Made by a program: the position numbers and the translations under genes | Notes under the pieces: model-generated | Databases searched by the model: none | What the model saw: the letters and a program-made list of their open reading frames with translations, nothing else | Told to the model about the DNA's origin: nothing | Shown here: positions 28,301 through 37,098 of the stretch, piece after piece | How the letters are laid out: every line of letters begins with the position of its first letter | Numbering within the stretch: position 1 is the stretch's first letter | Virus record (IMG/VR): IMGVR_UViG_3300036832_001118 | Coordinates: 23,761-87,760 of that record | DNA from: a virus | Reading direction: 5' to 3' (one strand) | Length of the DNA: 64,000 nucleotides

Positions 28301-29990
28301 CGGCAATCTTACGGGCGACGCTCCAGTGTTGCGCGCCGCCTATGCAACCTTTGCCGGCAGCAGCGCTCTCACCGTCGCTCCGGCGCAATGGCTGACTAGT
28401 ACTGCCGCATTTGCCGGCGCGGGATCGCTCATAGCCACGCCGGTCCAATGGCAGGGTATTGCAGCGCTTGCTCCGGGCGCCAGTACCCTCAACGGCGATC
28501 TCTTTATTCCTGGCCATAACGCATGGTCGGCGATCCTGAACGTCTGGCCAGCGACCGGCACCCTGATCGCTGCCACGACGGCACAGCTTGCGGCAGTTTC
28601 GAATCTTGCCGCAGCCTCCACCCTCGCCGGTTCGCTGACGACGCGGATGCCGATCAGCGCCGTGGCTACAGGCGCCGGACAACTCAGCGCAACCGCGGCG
28701 CAGGCGGTTGCGGCAAAATCGACGCTGGCTGGTGCTGGGCAATCGGCGGCCACTTCGTCGAGCCTGCAACTGGCTGCAAATGCGAGTGTTTCCGGCGTCG
28801 GCGGGCTCACCGGGAATTACTATCAATTACTATCAATTACCAGCAGCGTCCTGAACGGCCTCGGTGGTCTCGTCACGACCCCGGCCCAATGGATGCAGAC
28901 GACCTCCGCGTTGAACGGCGTTGGCGCCCTGGCTGGCGACATCGTCAAGCTCACCGGCGGCCAACTGCGGCCGATCGATGCCGTAGTCTATCTCGGAACG
29001 AGTGCGCTGACGGCGCAGACGGCCCAATGGCTGCAAGGCCTCGTGACATGGTCCGGCGCGGGCGCACTCACCCCACCGTCCGTTTCCGTCATCGAACCTG
29101 TGACGCTCTCCCTCGGTGGACAGAGTTCGATGGCCGCGTCGGCCGCTTTGCGAATGTCCGCGGTCTTCGCGGCGGCTGGCGTCGGTCAGGTCGCGGCTGA
29201 TCTCGTTCGCTTCACGCCCGGTATACAGCAGGGCTCAGCGTTGTTGACCGGCGCGTCTTTACTCGTTGCCGCCACCAGCCAGAGTATGGCCGTCAACTTG
29301 GCGCTGGCGGGCAATGGGACGCTGACGGGCCTCGGCTCTCTCAGAATGGCCGCCAGCTCGTTGTGGGCCGGGTCGAGCGTGCTGACGGCGGATCTCGGTC
29401 GCCTCGGTCAGGCTACGCAAATCGCGACGGCGCTCGCTGGGGTTGGTGGGTTCAGCGCCGTTGCCAGTTTGGCGCTACCACTCAAGGCGAGCTTTGGTGC
29501 GGCCGGCACGCTGATCGCCGTCGCCCAACAGTTAGCGGCGCTCGCACCGCAGCCATTGCAGGGCGCTGGTGCGATAAATGCGCGTGCCACCAACCTGATG
29601 GCGCTGCAAACGCTGCTCGGCGGCGCCAGCAGTCTGACGGCTGCGCCCACGCAATTCCAACAGGTCGCCGGCATTCTGGCCGCGGCCGGCTATAGCGCCG
29701 CCTACCTCGGTCAGATCCAGCTGCTCAGCCAGCAAATCCTATTCGGCACTGGCGTGCTGGGTGCCAACCTGATCCAGACGTCGATCCGGGTTGTCACCGC
29801 CACGATCATCGGGCGCCCCAGCGAATCTGGAATCAACGTTACCGGGCGCAACCCGAACACCTCCACGGTAACGGGCCAGGACGAGCGTGCCGGGATCAGC
29901 GTCACTGGGCGCAAGAGCGCCACCACGGTGACTGGTCAGAACCCGCGAACCGGCATCATCGGCCAAGGCGACTTCGTCACTCTGCATTGA
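25347..29990 (+). CDS. Giant fibre/adhesin: LamG domain with a nested lectin-like domain and ~40 copies of a ~20-aa Ala/Gly/Ser/Thr repeat
   Basis: WYKFED...DSSGNNNTG, FSVMAWVK, WHHVCVVFD, LYVDG, GTIDDFRFY.KAL; long run of LAGAG-type repeats. Confidence 0.75.
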   Translation: MATKTWYILNTNGASPNFMGNLQDGGTSPSVANCSFGYAPGKLAINSYCKSFLGAISTSSTSGTTSYINSAAGPGKGTGTSTSTAGDSFATPVPYSVSFAAGTWTFTWNMIANTATLTGRLCMRVWASVNQDSTSARELTSGAVFSNVLGISTSGTTLTTSWSAPAITLNNEYLFFQLEWQEQTSTGSSVSDNALFRQGSSIVSASAAVVANISANLAGAGALTADATILTVALGTPTGPSGSSVWYKFEDSTTTDSSGNNNTGTLGGSPLPVLGTGKFGQGMVFGGPSGGIAVPSAAVSVPTATSSFSVMAWVKTSFNGDGQPIFGGRTGSSTSIIDFMLGYNGVDNAGTNTASILVWADDGSGQTHINGTTALNDNAWHHVCVVFDGSGGAALSDNFNRANGSLGSPWINSPSLTGLAIASNQVTMGSAAWALAYWDPAVNAAPADQWASVVCSAGTFMGPVVRHQSGASSGYMCFYNGNASGLIYLYSFTGGTFNFLSNAVGSCNIGDTLTLQAVGSTLRVLVNGVSTGTFTDTTYSSGQPGIAAQQGTLDNFSAGTTQTLKLYVDGTQQGSTTTAPLTSGITLNNAYVGRENAQGWGITGTIDDFRFYPKALTVTEIGTLLVGVAGATTWQGSATPAGTGALTVNANLLAQAAAVLAGVGAQTASAWLYMPASLAPLAGVSALTTTLRQSLPFAASPFSGVGAFAPLNLSPQLVSSASFSGAGQASWPTINPINQLLVARATLAGASSESSALNVLLGTTSALSGAGQANWPTTNPVNQLLVASSLLAGGSALVGDVTRVVGAGTQWQGTALWAGASTLAAQATAILVASSSLAGSAALTVQVGVGLATTAALSGASSQSSALSVLLRTTSALSGVGAASWPTIDPIDQLLAATATLAGASTSASSLLTLRPVTATLAGASAQLASMTARMPSVAALAGAATLAGSLSQTLLSSAIWAGAGAALSGLTQQLSVNVASFAAVGNLTGDAPVLRAAYATFAGSSALTVAPAQWLTSTAAFAGAGSLIATPVQWQGIAALAPGASTLNGDLFIPGHNAWSAILNVWPATGTLIAATTAQLAAVSNLAAASTLAGSLTTRMPISAVATGAGQLSATAAQAVAAKSTLAGAGQSAATSSSLQLAANASVSGVGGLTGNYYQLLSITSSVLNGLGGLVTTPAQWMQTTSALNGVGALAGDIVKLTGGQLRPIDAVVYLGTSALTAQTAQWLQGLVTWSGAGALTPPSVSVIEPVTLSLGGQSSMAASAALRMSAVFAAAGVGQVAADLVRFTPGIQQGSALLTGASLLVAATSQSMAVNLALAGNGTLTGLGSLRMAASSLWAGSSVLTADLGRLGQATQIATALAGVGGFSAVASLALPLKASFGAAGTLIAVAQQLAALAPQPLQGAGAINARATNLMALQTLLGGASSLTAAPTQFQQVAGILAAAGYSAAYLGQIQLLSQQILFGTGVLGANLIQTSIRVVTATIIGRPSESGINVTGRNPNTSTVTGQDERAGISVTGRKSATTVTGQNPRTGIIGQGDFVTLH

Positions 29991-30003
29991 TCGGAGAGCA
30001 TCC

Positions 30004-30498
30004 GTGCCCGTCACCTATCACGCCGACATCGATGTCGTGTCCGGTACCGACTGGACGATTGCCGGCACCCTCTATGACGCCACCGGCAAACTGCTCGACG
30101 TCACCAATTGCGCGCTAGCTTGGGTGTTGCTCGATCCGGACGGCAATCCAGTTCTGCCGACCGATCTCAACATCACGATCAGTAAGACAGATCCGGTTAA
30201 TGGTGCCATCCAAATCACCGTGCCGATGCAATACACCTACCTGCGGCCAGGCCGTTACACCGATGCACTGCAAGTGACTGAGGGCACTTCGACGGACGTG
30301 TTTTGGATGGGGCAACTGCGTTGCGCCGCTAACCCGCTCAACGTGTTCAACAACATCGTTGAACAGCCCGTCCCGCCGCCAGCACCCACTTCTTCCTACG
30401 AAGAAGCGTTGGTTGTCGTGCCGCAGTGGTGGTGGACGGTGCCAAATGCAGCCGCGCCCTACTACCCCTACTACCCCTACTACGGGGGTTGGTGGTGA
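30004..30498 (+). CDS. Small beta-sandwich virion/baseplate-type protein with a (PYY)3 tail
   Basis: GTDW.I...DVTN...G.I.I.VP...T....G.Y...LQV; CCCTACTAC x3 at 30457-30483. Confidence 0.5.
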   Translation: MPVTYHADIDVVSGTDWTIAGTLYDATGKLLDVTNCALAWVLLDPDGNPVLPTDLNITISKTDPVNGAIQITVPMQYTYLRPGRYTDALQVTEGTSTDVFWMGQLRCAANPLNVFNNIVEQPVPPPAPTSSYEEALVVVPQWWWTVPNAAAPYYPYYPYYGGWW

Positions 30499-30974
30499 CG
30501 TCGCCGTGGCCGCACGACGATCAGATTAGCTTGATGCGATTCTACGGCCGTCCTGGCCGGGTGGCGATGGGCAACGTGCTGGTGCCCTGGCACATGATCT
30601 ACAACGAACCACCGCATCCGACGATTCAGCATTTCGCGATGCACGTCAAATGCGTGGCCGCGATGAACCGTATCTTGCAGGCCATCTGGGACCACTACGG
30701 CCATTCGCAGGAAGCCATCGAAGAAGTAGGCATGAATATCTGGGGCGGCGCCTACAACCCGCGCAAGATCCGCGGCTCTAACCGCTGGTCGACGCACGCG
30801 TTTGGTGCCGCGGTCGATTTCGACCCTGATCATAACGAGATGAACTTCTCACCGCATAATCCGCACAAGATGGCGCAGCCGGTGATCGACTGCTTCAAGG
30901 CTGAGGGCGCGTTCTGGGGTGGTGATTTCAGGGGCCGAAAAGATCCCATGCATTTTCAGTTTGCGCACGAATGA
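30495..30974 (+). CDS. M15 family peptidoglycan endopeptidase
   Basis: GGAYNPRKIRG..WSTHAFGAAVDFD...WGG....DPMHFQ; GTG start overlaps the upstream TGA. Confidence 0.85.
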   Translation: MTSPWPHDDQISLMRFYGRPGRVAMGNVLVPWHMIYNEPPHPTIQHFAMHVKCVAAMNRILQAIWDHYGHSQEAIEEVGMNIWGGAYNPRKIRGSNRWSTHAFGAAVDFDPDHNEMNFSPHNPHKMAQPVIDCFKAEGAFWGGDFRGRKDPMHFQFAHE

Positions 30975-30980
30975 GGTCTC

Positions 30981-31835
30981 ATGCAAGCCAACTACGACAA
31001 GTTCATCCGGCGCGTCATCGCCATGTATGAGGGTGGGTATTGCAACGATTTTGGCGACCCCGGCGGGCCGACGAAATTTGGCATCACCTGCTATGACCTG
31101 GCGCAGCACATGGGACGGAGGATGCAATCAAAAGCCGCCTGGGCGCCGATCGTGCGTGCCATGTCGTTGCAGACCGCCGAAGAAATCTATGCGAGCAAGT
31201 ATGCGACTAAGGATCGCTTTAACGAACTGGAGTCGGGCAGCGACTGTGTGATCCTCGACTACGGGATCAATAGCGGTGTGCTGCGGCCGGTGTGGATTGC
31301 ACAAAAAATCACTGGCCGCCCGCGCTCCAATATCTTCAATGACGATCTGGTCAAAGCGATCAACGACTATTCGGCGCATCGTTTCGTCGAACGTATGTGC
31401 GATGAGCGCATGACGTTCCTACGTGGGCTCGCTATCTGGCCACGCTTTCGTGGCGGCTGGTCAACGCGTGTCGCCGACCTGCGGCGCTATTGTACGAGCC
31501 TTGCCAATGACCAGCCGGTCGCGCCCCCAAGGGATGTCGTCTCCGATCACGTCGCATCTGTGAAGACGGCGCAGCGCGAATACAATCAACTCTATCAGCT
31601 GCATCTCGACGTTGATGGGTTTGAGGGGCCCGAGACCAGGGCCGTCACCCGCCGCTTCCAACAAGAGTATGGGCTCGAGGTCGACGGCATCATCGGTGAG
31701 CACACCATGGCCAAACTGGCGGAAGTCGTGCCGCCGGTGCCGGGCGTGCTTTCGTTGTTCGAGGACGAAGCGCCGGAAGCCATGGCCAAGGGTGTCGAAA
31801 ACGTTAGCGACATCCATTTGGAGTACGAACATTGA
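30981..31835 (+). CDS. Endolysin, GH108 with peptidoglycan-binding domains
   Basis: EGGY.ND.GDPGGPTKFGIT, DYGINSG, F.GGW..RV, VDGIIG..T. Confidence 0.9.
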   Translation: MQANYDKFIRRVIAMYEGGYCNDFGDPGGPTKFGITCYDLAQHMGRRMQSKAAWAPIVRAMSLQTAEEIYASKYATKDRFNELESGSDCVILDYGINSGVLRPVWIAQKITGRPRSNIFNDDLVKAINDYSAHRFVERMCDERMTFLRGLAIWPRFRGGWSTRVADLRRYCTSLANDQPVAPPRDVVSDHVASVKTAQREYNQLYQLHLDVDGFEGPETRAVTRRFQQEYGLEVDGIIGEHTMAKLAEVVPPVPGVLSLFEDEAPEAMAKGVENVSDIHLEYEH

Positions 31836-32617
31836 TCCACTATTTCGGCAAGAAGTCTGCGCGCCTTGGCGCCATCCGATTCATGGCGACCTCGTATGTT
31901 GACCTGGCGCGGCTGCCGACACCGCCGATCGTGTTCGGCCATGTCAACAATAGTTGGCCATTCTTGACTCTCGGAAACGATGCATGCGGAAATTGCGTGT
32001 GGGCAGGCGCGGCACACGAGACGCAGATTTTCCGCGCAGCAACACGCAAGCCATGGCCGCGCTTCACCGACGATAGTGTCGTCAGCGTTTACAGTCAGCA
32101 AACCGGCTACGTGCCTGGCGTGCCATCGACCGATGATGGCACCGACATGCAGGCGGCGGCGGAGTTTCGTCGCGTCACCGGTATGCCCGATGCGGATGGC
32201 GCACTGCATTTCATCAAGGCTTATGCCACCATTCCCATCACTAACGATCAGCACATGCTGGACCTGATCGTCAAACTGACCTTTGCTTTTGGCGTGATCG
32301 GCTGTGGATTTCGCATGCAACAGGCGCAGGGGACGCAGTTTGATCAGAAGCAGCCATGGAGCCTGATGCGCGGGTCGCCGATTGTTGGCGGCCACTATGT
32401 GCCCGTCGTTGGTCGCAACTCACGGGGCAATCTGGTTGGCATCAGCTGGGGCCGCACTACCGCAATCACCCCGGTTTTCATGATGGAGCAGCTGGATGAA
32501 ATGATCGTCTATCTGAGCCGCGAGTATCTGACGGCCGGAGGTCACACTCCCGAACTCTTGCAGGAAGCCCAACTCGACGCCGACTTAGCCACACTTTCCA
32601 TCCCCTCCCATGCATAA
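31832..32617 (+). CDS. Papain-like cysteine peptidase
   Basis: GND.CGNCVWA (Cys), GGHYVPVVG (His), ISWG. Confidence 0.7.
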   Translation: MIHYFGKKSARLGAIRFMATSYVDLARLPTPPIVFGHVNNSWPFLTLGNDACGNCVWAGAAHETQIFRAATRKPWPRFTDDSVVSVYSQQTGYVPGVPSTDDGTDMQAAAEFRRVTGMPDADGALHFIKAYATIPITNDQHMLDLIVKLTFAFGVIGCGFRMQQAQGTQFDQKQPWSLMRGSPIVGGHYVPVVGRNSRGNLVGISWGRTTAITPVFMMEQLDEMIVYLSREYLTAGGHTPELLQEAQLDADLATLSIPSHA

Positions 32618-32628
32618 GGAGAACTAGC

Positions 32629-33024
32629 ATGCTGTCCTACCTGAAAGGGGCCGCCGCTGCTATCGCGCTGGCCGCACTGGTCGCGTGTTCGCAGAGCGGC
32701 CAAGCGCCCGATGCCACCCTCACGCTGGAGCAAATTCAGAACTCCATCAAGGCCACCTGCAACTATGTGCCGACCATCGAGAGTATTGCCTCGCTGGCGG
32801 CGACAATCACCAGTACGATCAATCCAGCTGCGGGCGCTGCCGCTACGGTCGGCGTCGCGGTCGGCTCGGCGCTGGTGGCCGATGTCTGCAAGGCCGTGAC
32901 GGCACAGCAGGCGATGCTGAAGAGTTCAGCCAAGCCCGGCGAGCCTCTGAAAGAGCGAACCCTTGACGTCACCGTCAACGGCGTCTCCGTGCATGGTACG
33001 TTGGTCCCGGAGAATAAGACATGA
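32629..33024 (+). CDS. Lipoprotein (possible spanin component)
   Basis: Signal peptide with lipobox LVA-C; AAGGAG RBS; lies in the lysis cassette. Confidence 0.55.
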   Translation: MLSYLKGAAAAIALAALVACSQSGQAPDATLTLEQIQNSIKATCNYVPTIESIASLAATITSTINPAAGAAATVGVAVGSALVADVCKAVTAQQAMLKSSAKPGEPLKERTLDVTVNGVSVHGTLVPENKT

Positions 33025-33425
33025 CCAGCAACATCCAGGCGATGGCCGATTACATCCCGGCCGCGTGGCGCGCCTACCAGCACCTCGGCCAGATCCGCGA
33101 CCTGCAGGCGCGGGCGCTGCCGCACATCCAAGCGCTGATGGCGATGATGCCACAGGCGCAGGCGCTCTATGCGGAGATCTTCCCGGAGGCGCAGCAGTCG
33201 CAGTCGCACCCGCCGGCGCTGACCGGCATCTCGGTCGAGCAGCTCCAGCAAATGCTCAACCACTACGGCGCCAGCCTGCGCGTAGATGGCAAGTATGGCG
33301 ACCGCACCCACAAGGCGGTCGAGGCCTATCAGCGCGGACACGGGCTGATCGTTGACGGCTGGGCCGGATCGGAAACGTTGAATCACCTGTTCGGCAAGGT
33401 GTCGAGCGACGCGGCCAAGCCGTGA
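33021..33425 (+). CDS. Peptidoglycan-binding domain protein
   Basis: VEQLQQML...L.VDG.YG..T..AV.AYQ..HGL.VDG.AG.ET. Confidence 0.8.
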   Translation: MTSNIQAMADYIPAAWRAYQHLGQIRDLQARALPHIQALMAMMPQAQALYAEIFPEAQQSQSHPPALTGISVEQLQQMLNHYGASLRVDGKYGDRTHKAVEAYQRGHGLIVDGWAGSETLNHLFGKVSSDAAKP

Positions 33426-33523
33426 TCAGCAACAACGGCTGCTTACTGATCTTGAACGTTGCGGTCTGGATAATGGTTGGTCTTCTGCTCTTAATCGGCA
33501 GCGCCAAGTACGGATGAACCGCC

Positions 33524-33835
33524 ATGAAACTCAGCCAGGATCAACTCTACTCATTCGTGCGTTGGGTCATCACCGGCCTGTGCGGTTGGCTGCTGACCAA
33601 GGGCTGGATCAACGATGTGTGGGTCGAGGGCATCATCGGCGTCGCCCTGGCCATCGCCTCGCTCGGCTGGTCGATGTGGACCCACACCCCAGCGCAACAA
33701 TTAGAGGCGGTCAAGCGCATCAGCCCAGACATCAAGGTCGAGGTACCAGAGAAGGTTCTCGACGCGCATCCCTCGATTAAACAATTGGCGGATAGCAACC
33801 CAGCCTTCATGCACGTGGTGGGGCGCGATCAATAA
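33524..33835 (+). CDS. Holin-like membrane protein
   Basis: Two hydrophobic segments; located in the lysis cassette. Confidence 0.6.
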   Translation: MKLSQDQLYSFVRWVITGLCGWLLTKGWINDVWVEGIIGVALAIASLGWSMWTHTPAQQLEAVKRISPDIKVEVPEKVLDAHPSIKQLADSNPAFMHVVGRDQ

Positions 33836-33845
33836 TGGAAGACCG

Positions 33846-34250
33846 GTGGCTGATACGAATAACAATGGTCGCACTATACGCCTCCCCAGTCTCGCCACCC
33901 TCAGCGTTGTCATCGCGCTGCTGGTACAGCTCGGCGGCGTCATTGTCTGGGCGACCAACGAGCATAATGCGCGCGTCGTTTTGCAGCAACAAGTGGACGC
34001 CCGCATCCGCGATGCTGATGGCCGCCTCGTGCAATTAGATACGCGTCTGGCGCGGCTTGACGAATTCGTGCGCACGCTCAATGACAAGCAGAATGTGGTC
34101 AATACCTCGGATGCGGCCCGCTACGACAGTCTCGAAGGGCACCTGAAGCGTATGGATGATCGCGTCGACCGCATCGTGCAGGCGCTCGACCAGACATATA
34201 ATTTGCTCAACGAGCACCTGCGCAACCCAAAAATGCACCGCCAACCATGA
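33846..34250 (+). CDS. Membrane-anchored coiled-coil protein
   Basis: N-terminal TM (LSVVIALLVQLGGVIVWA) followed by a heptad-rich region. Confidence 0.55.
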   Translation: MADTNNNGRTIRLPSLATLSVVIALLVQLGGVIVWATNEHNARVVLQQQVDARIRDADGRLVQLDTRLARLDEFVRTLNDKQNVVNTSDAARYDSLEGHLKRMDDRVDRIVQALDQTYNLLNEHLRNPKMHRQP

Positions 34251-34350
34251 GACTCAGCTGCCTCGCCCGTAGGGCAGTTGATAGGGCTGCTCGCAGCCTA
34301 CCCCCATCACACGCTGTGGGCAGCCCACCCCTAATAAAAGGACGAGAGCG

Positions 34351-34845
34351 ATCGCAATACCATATGTCGCCTGCTTCTTTGGCGCCGGACCGACCGGCAT
34401 CTGGGCCTGGGGCGGGTTCTTCACGTCGTCCGGTATATGGCGCACGGCCAACCGCTTGCGCGCCATTGGGATCGAGGCGGAATGCTTTCGCTTCAATCAG
34501 ACGGAGCTTGCCGATGCGCGGCTGACGACCGCGCGCACTGCACATCGGCCGGTCGGTATGTTGGCCTACTCGCTTGGCAACACCGCGGCGCTGTGGTTGC
34601 AACAATACACGACGTGTAATTTGTTGTTTTCGATCGCCGACTCGAAGCTGGGGCGTAACACTCCGGTCAATCACATGCACACCAAGCGCTCAGTGCTGTG
34701 GCGCGGTCCTGGCGTGCTCAGTGGCGCTGGCGGCGATCTCGGCTATGACGTGGTGCACGACAGCAACAAGCCGCATCTGCTGATGGATTTCGCGCCCGAG
34801 GTTTGGCAGAACGCAATGGCCGAATTCAGCAAACTGATTGTTTGA
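34351..34845 (+). CDS. Small alpha/beta-hydrolase-like protein with an apparent non-canonical (ATC) start
   Basis: Frame is open from about 34285. AAGGA SD precedes ATC GCA ATA CCA; YVACFFGAG...MLAYSLG nucleophile-like elbow and a late His. Confidence 0.45.
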   Translation: MAIPYVACFFGAGPTGIWAWGGFFTSSGIWRTANRLRAIGIEAECFRFNQTELADARLTTARTAHRPVGMLAYSLGNTAALWLQQYTTCNLLFSIADSKLGRNTPVNHMHTKRSVLWRGPGVLSGAGGDLGYDVVHDSNKPHLLMDFAPEVWQNAMAEFSKLIV

Positions 34846-34847
34846 CG

Positions 34848-35297
34848 CTATTGCTTCGGCGCGTGACACACCTGCGTGTCCTCTGGGAACCTGCGGCAAT
34901 GCTCTTCACCCATTTGGATCACGCGTTCGCGACTTTCGTCTATTGATTCTGGTTGCGGGTCTATGACCGGCGGCGTTCCGGGCGGTCGTGCGTAGGCGGC
35001 GAATGGCACGTGCGGAGCATTCAGACTATTGGGCACCGGCCGCGATATGATCGGCGGGTGACGTTCCCATGGCGGACCGTACAGGGCCCAAGAATAGTCG
35101 TCGGGCAGTCGACAATAGGGATCGTAGTCCGCGTCGGGGCAGAAAAAGTAGTTTCCATCGCGATAGATGTGGCGCGGATACGAATAAACCTCGACCGGCG
35201 GCGGTGGTAACCGCGGCAGCGGCACGACCGGAATGCCATCGGCCAGTGCCAGCGCCGGCGAAAACGCCAGCAAACATGCTAAGATAGACCGTCTCAT
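34848..35297 (-). CDS. Secreted Pro-rich protein (moron-like)
   Basis: AAGGAGG RBS; signal peptide MRRSILACLLAFSPALALA-DG. Confidence 0.6.
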   Translation of the reverse strand: MRRSILACLLAFSPALALADGIPVVPLPRLPPPPVEVYSYPRHIYRDGNYFFCPDADYDPYCRLPDDYSWALYGPPWERHPPIISRPVPNSLNAPHVPFAAYARPPGTPPVIDPQPESIDESRERVIQMGEEHCRRFPEDTQVCHAPKQ

Positions 35298-35310
35298 TGA
35301 AGCCCTCCTT

Positions 35311-35345
35311 GCCTCGTCCCTTCGGGGGCGAGGCCTTTTTTTGTG
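35311..35345 (+). terminator. Intrinsic terminator ending the late operon
   Basis: GCCTCGTCCC-ttcg-GGGGCGAGGC followed by a T-tract. Confidence 0.75.
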
Positions 35346-35518
35346 TTTAAACGCCCCGCCCAAAATGGGCAATGCGTGCCGCCCAAAATGGGCAAGATGG
35401 CCTAAGTTACCATCAGATACAAATTTCTGTGGCGCATGACAAGCGCTACTTGACATGGTGCAAGGACAGCGCAACCATGCTGTGTGAGGATTTAACGCCG
35501 CCCCAATGGAGATGTCCG

Positions 35519-35710
35519 ATGGGTCCGCTTAGTGACAGACAGCGGCGTGAGGACGTCCAATATGCCCAAGCCCGAGAGCGCATAGAGAAGGGATGGGATG
35601 CCATACTGCGACGCGACGCAGACACTGCTGCGGATCTCCTTGAGCAGGCCGCGCATGACTTGCGCGCTATCAACAAGAAAGTCGTGCCAATTCGGGGCCC
35701 GAAAGGGTGA
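35519..35710 (+). CDS. Hypothetical early protein
   Basis: GGAG RBS; first gene after the TTGACA at 35450. Confidence 0.5.
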   Translation: MGPLSDRQRREDVQYAQARERIEKGWDAILRRDADTAADLLEQAAHDLRAINKKVVPIRGPKG

Positions 35711-35743
35711 GGGGGTTGTAACCCAGCGTATGGAGGACGCACA

Positions 35744-36079
35744 ATGAGTAGTAATGGTGGGAATGTGCAGGAAGCGGAAGGTCGGATGCGTCAACTGCCG
35801 GGTGTCATTGCCGGCATGGAGAAGACGCTGGAGCGGGAGCTGGGTCGCACTCCAGCGATCGCGCCTGATGCGCCGGAACTGAAGCGCAATACATTCACGG
35901 CCCACGAGCCATTGCAAACCATCGCTGATGCTCTCAAGCGATTGATTTGGGATGACAATGAAAAACTCGCGCAGATGATCACCTCGCATTTTCAGGCCGA
36001 GCAACCCGCATCTATGGCTGCCGCCATCCAGCGGGCCGCTGATGATTTGAGGAATGAGTACAGCAATTCGCGGCAGTAA
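35744..36079 (+). CDS. Hypothetical protein
   Basis: GGAGG RBS. Confidence 0.6.
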   Translation: MSSNGGNVQEAEGRMRQLPGVIAGMEKTLERELGRTPAIAPDAPELKRNTFTAHEPLQTIADALKRLIWDDNEKLAQMITSHFQAEQPASMAAAIQRAADDLRNEYSNSRQ

Positions 36080-36180
36080 CCAATTCCCCTGTCGCGATGG
36101 GGCCGCCGCTAGAGGGAGGAAGGGCCTTTGCCTGGCGGCGGCTCTTTTCTTGGCCCACTTGGAACCCAAAGGAAAGGCAA

Positions 36181-36462
36181 ATGAAACGCGCTCGCATCCG
36201 CGATGAGTTCGGCACCCGCAAAGGCACTAAGCTCGATAAGTTGGTTTGCTACCTTGTCCCCAAAGCCGACAAGGAGATCAAACTTAAACGACTGGCCAAG
36301 ATGATCCATCGCAAGGACAAGGTCATCGACCCGGTCAATGCGACCAGGATGAGCATCAACGGCCTTAACCGTCACATCCAGGAGCGCAACCTCCCTTATA
36401 AGCCAGTCACCTACTCTCGCGCCGGCAAAGAGATCACGCTCCGATTACAGCGCACGACTTGA
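36181..36462 (+). CDS. Basic hypothetical protein, possibly DNA-binding
   Basis: AAGG RBS; Lys/Arg-rich. Confidence 0.5.
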   Translation: MKRARIRDEFGTRKGTKLDKLVCYLVPKADKEIKLKRLAKMIHRKDKVIDPVNATRMSINGLNRHIQERNLPYKPVTYSRAGKEITLRLQRTT

Positions 36463-36595
36463 GGTGGGGCCCGCCGTCGATGGCTTATAGCTACAGAGGC
36501 TGTCGACGGCGATTGCTTTGGAGGGAGCCATGGACGACGATCTTGACGACTTCATTAATGCGTGGCTGGCACCTAAGCAGAGAAGGTGGATGCGT

Positions 36596-36790
36596 ATGGC
36601 AGATATCATTTCAACGGCAGATAAACTGGCAGAGATTAAGCGAGAGATCGCCGTGCGCCGCAACGCCTATCCCAAATGGGTCGAGGCCGGTCGCTTGACG
36701 CAGCAAAAGTCTGATTACCAATTGCGCGTCATGCAGGCTATCCAAGCCGACTATGAGCGCAAGGCGAAAGCGAGCAACACGGAGGAATAA
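36596..36790 (+). CDS. Phage hypothetical protein
   Basis: KREIAVRRNAYPKWV..GRLT motif resembles small proteins common in phage early regions. Confidence 0.6.
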   Translation: MADIISTADKLAEIKREIAVRRNAYPKWVEAGRLTQQKSDYQLRVMQAIQADYERKAKASNTEE

Positions 36791-37098
36791 AACACCGTGA
36801 AGATAACCCCATTATGAGCATGGATATATTGAATAAGTTGTTGACGGTGCATCGCACAGACGCGCGGCTGGTTTGCGTCATTCGCGCCCTCGGGGAAATC
36901 CCGGTGATCCGCTACGCCGAGGAGCACACACGAGACGGCCACACTATCACACTGACGTTTCCGGCTGAGCTGGTGGAAGTGTATCTCCCAGTTGATGCAG
37001 GCACGCGGTGAGTTCCCGTCGGACATCATCCATCGTGGGTTCGGCGACAGGCCACTGCCGGAACGCAGACCACCACCAATAACCAAGGGAGCGCGACT

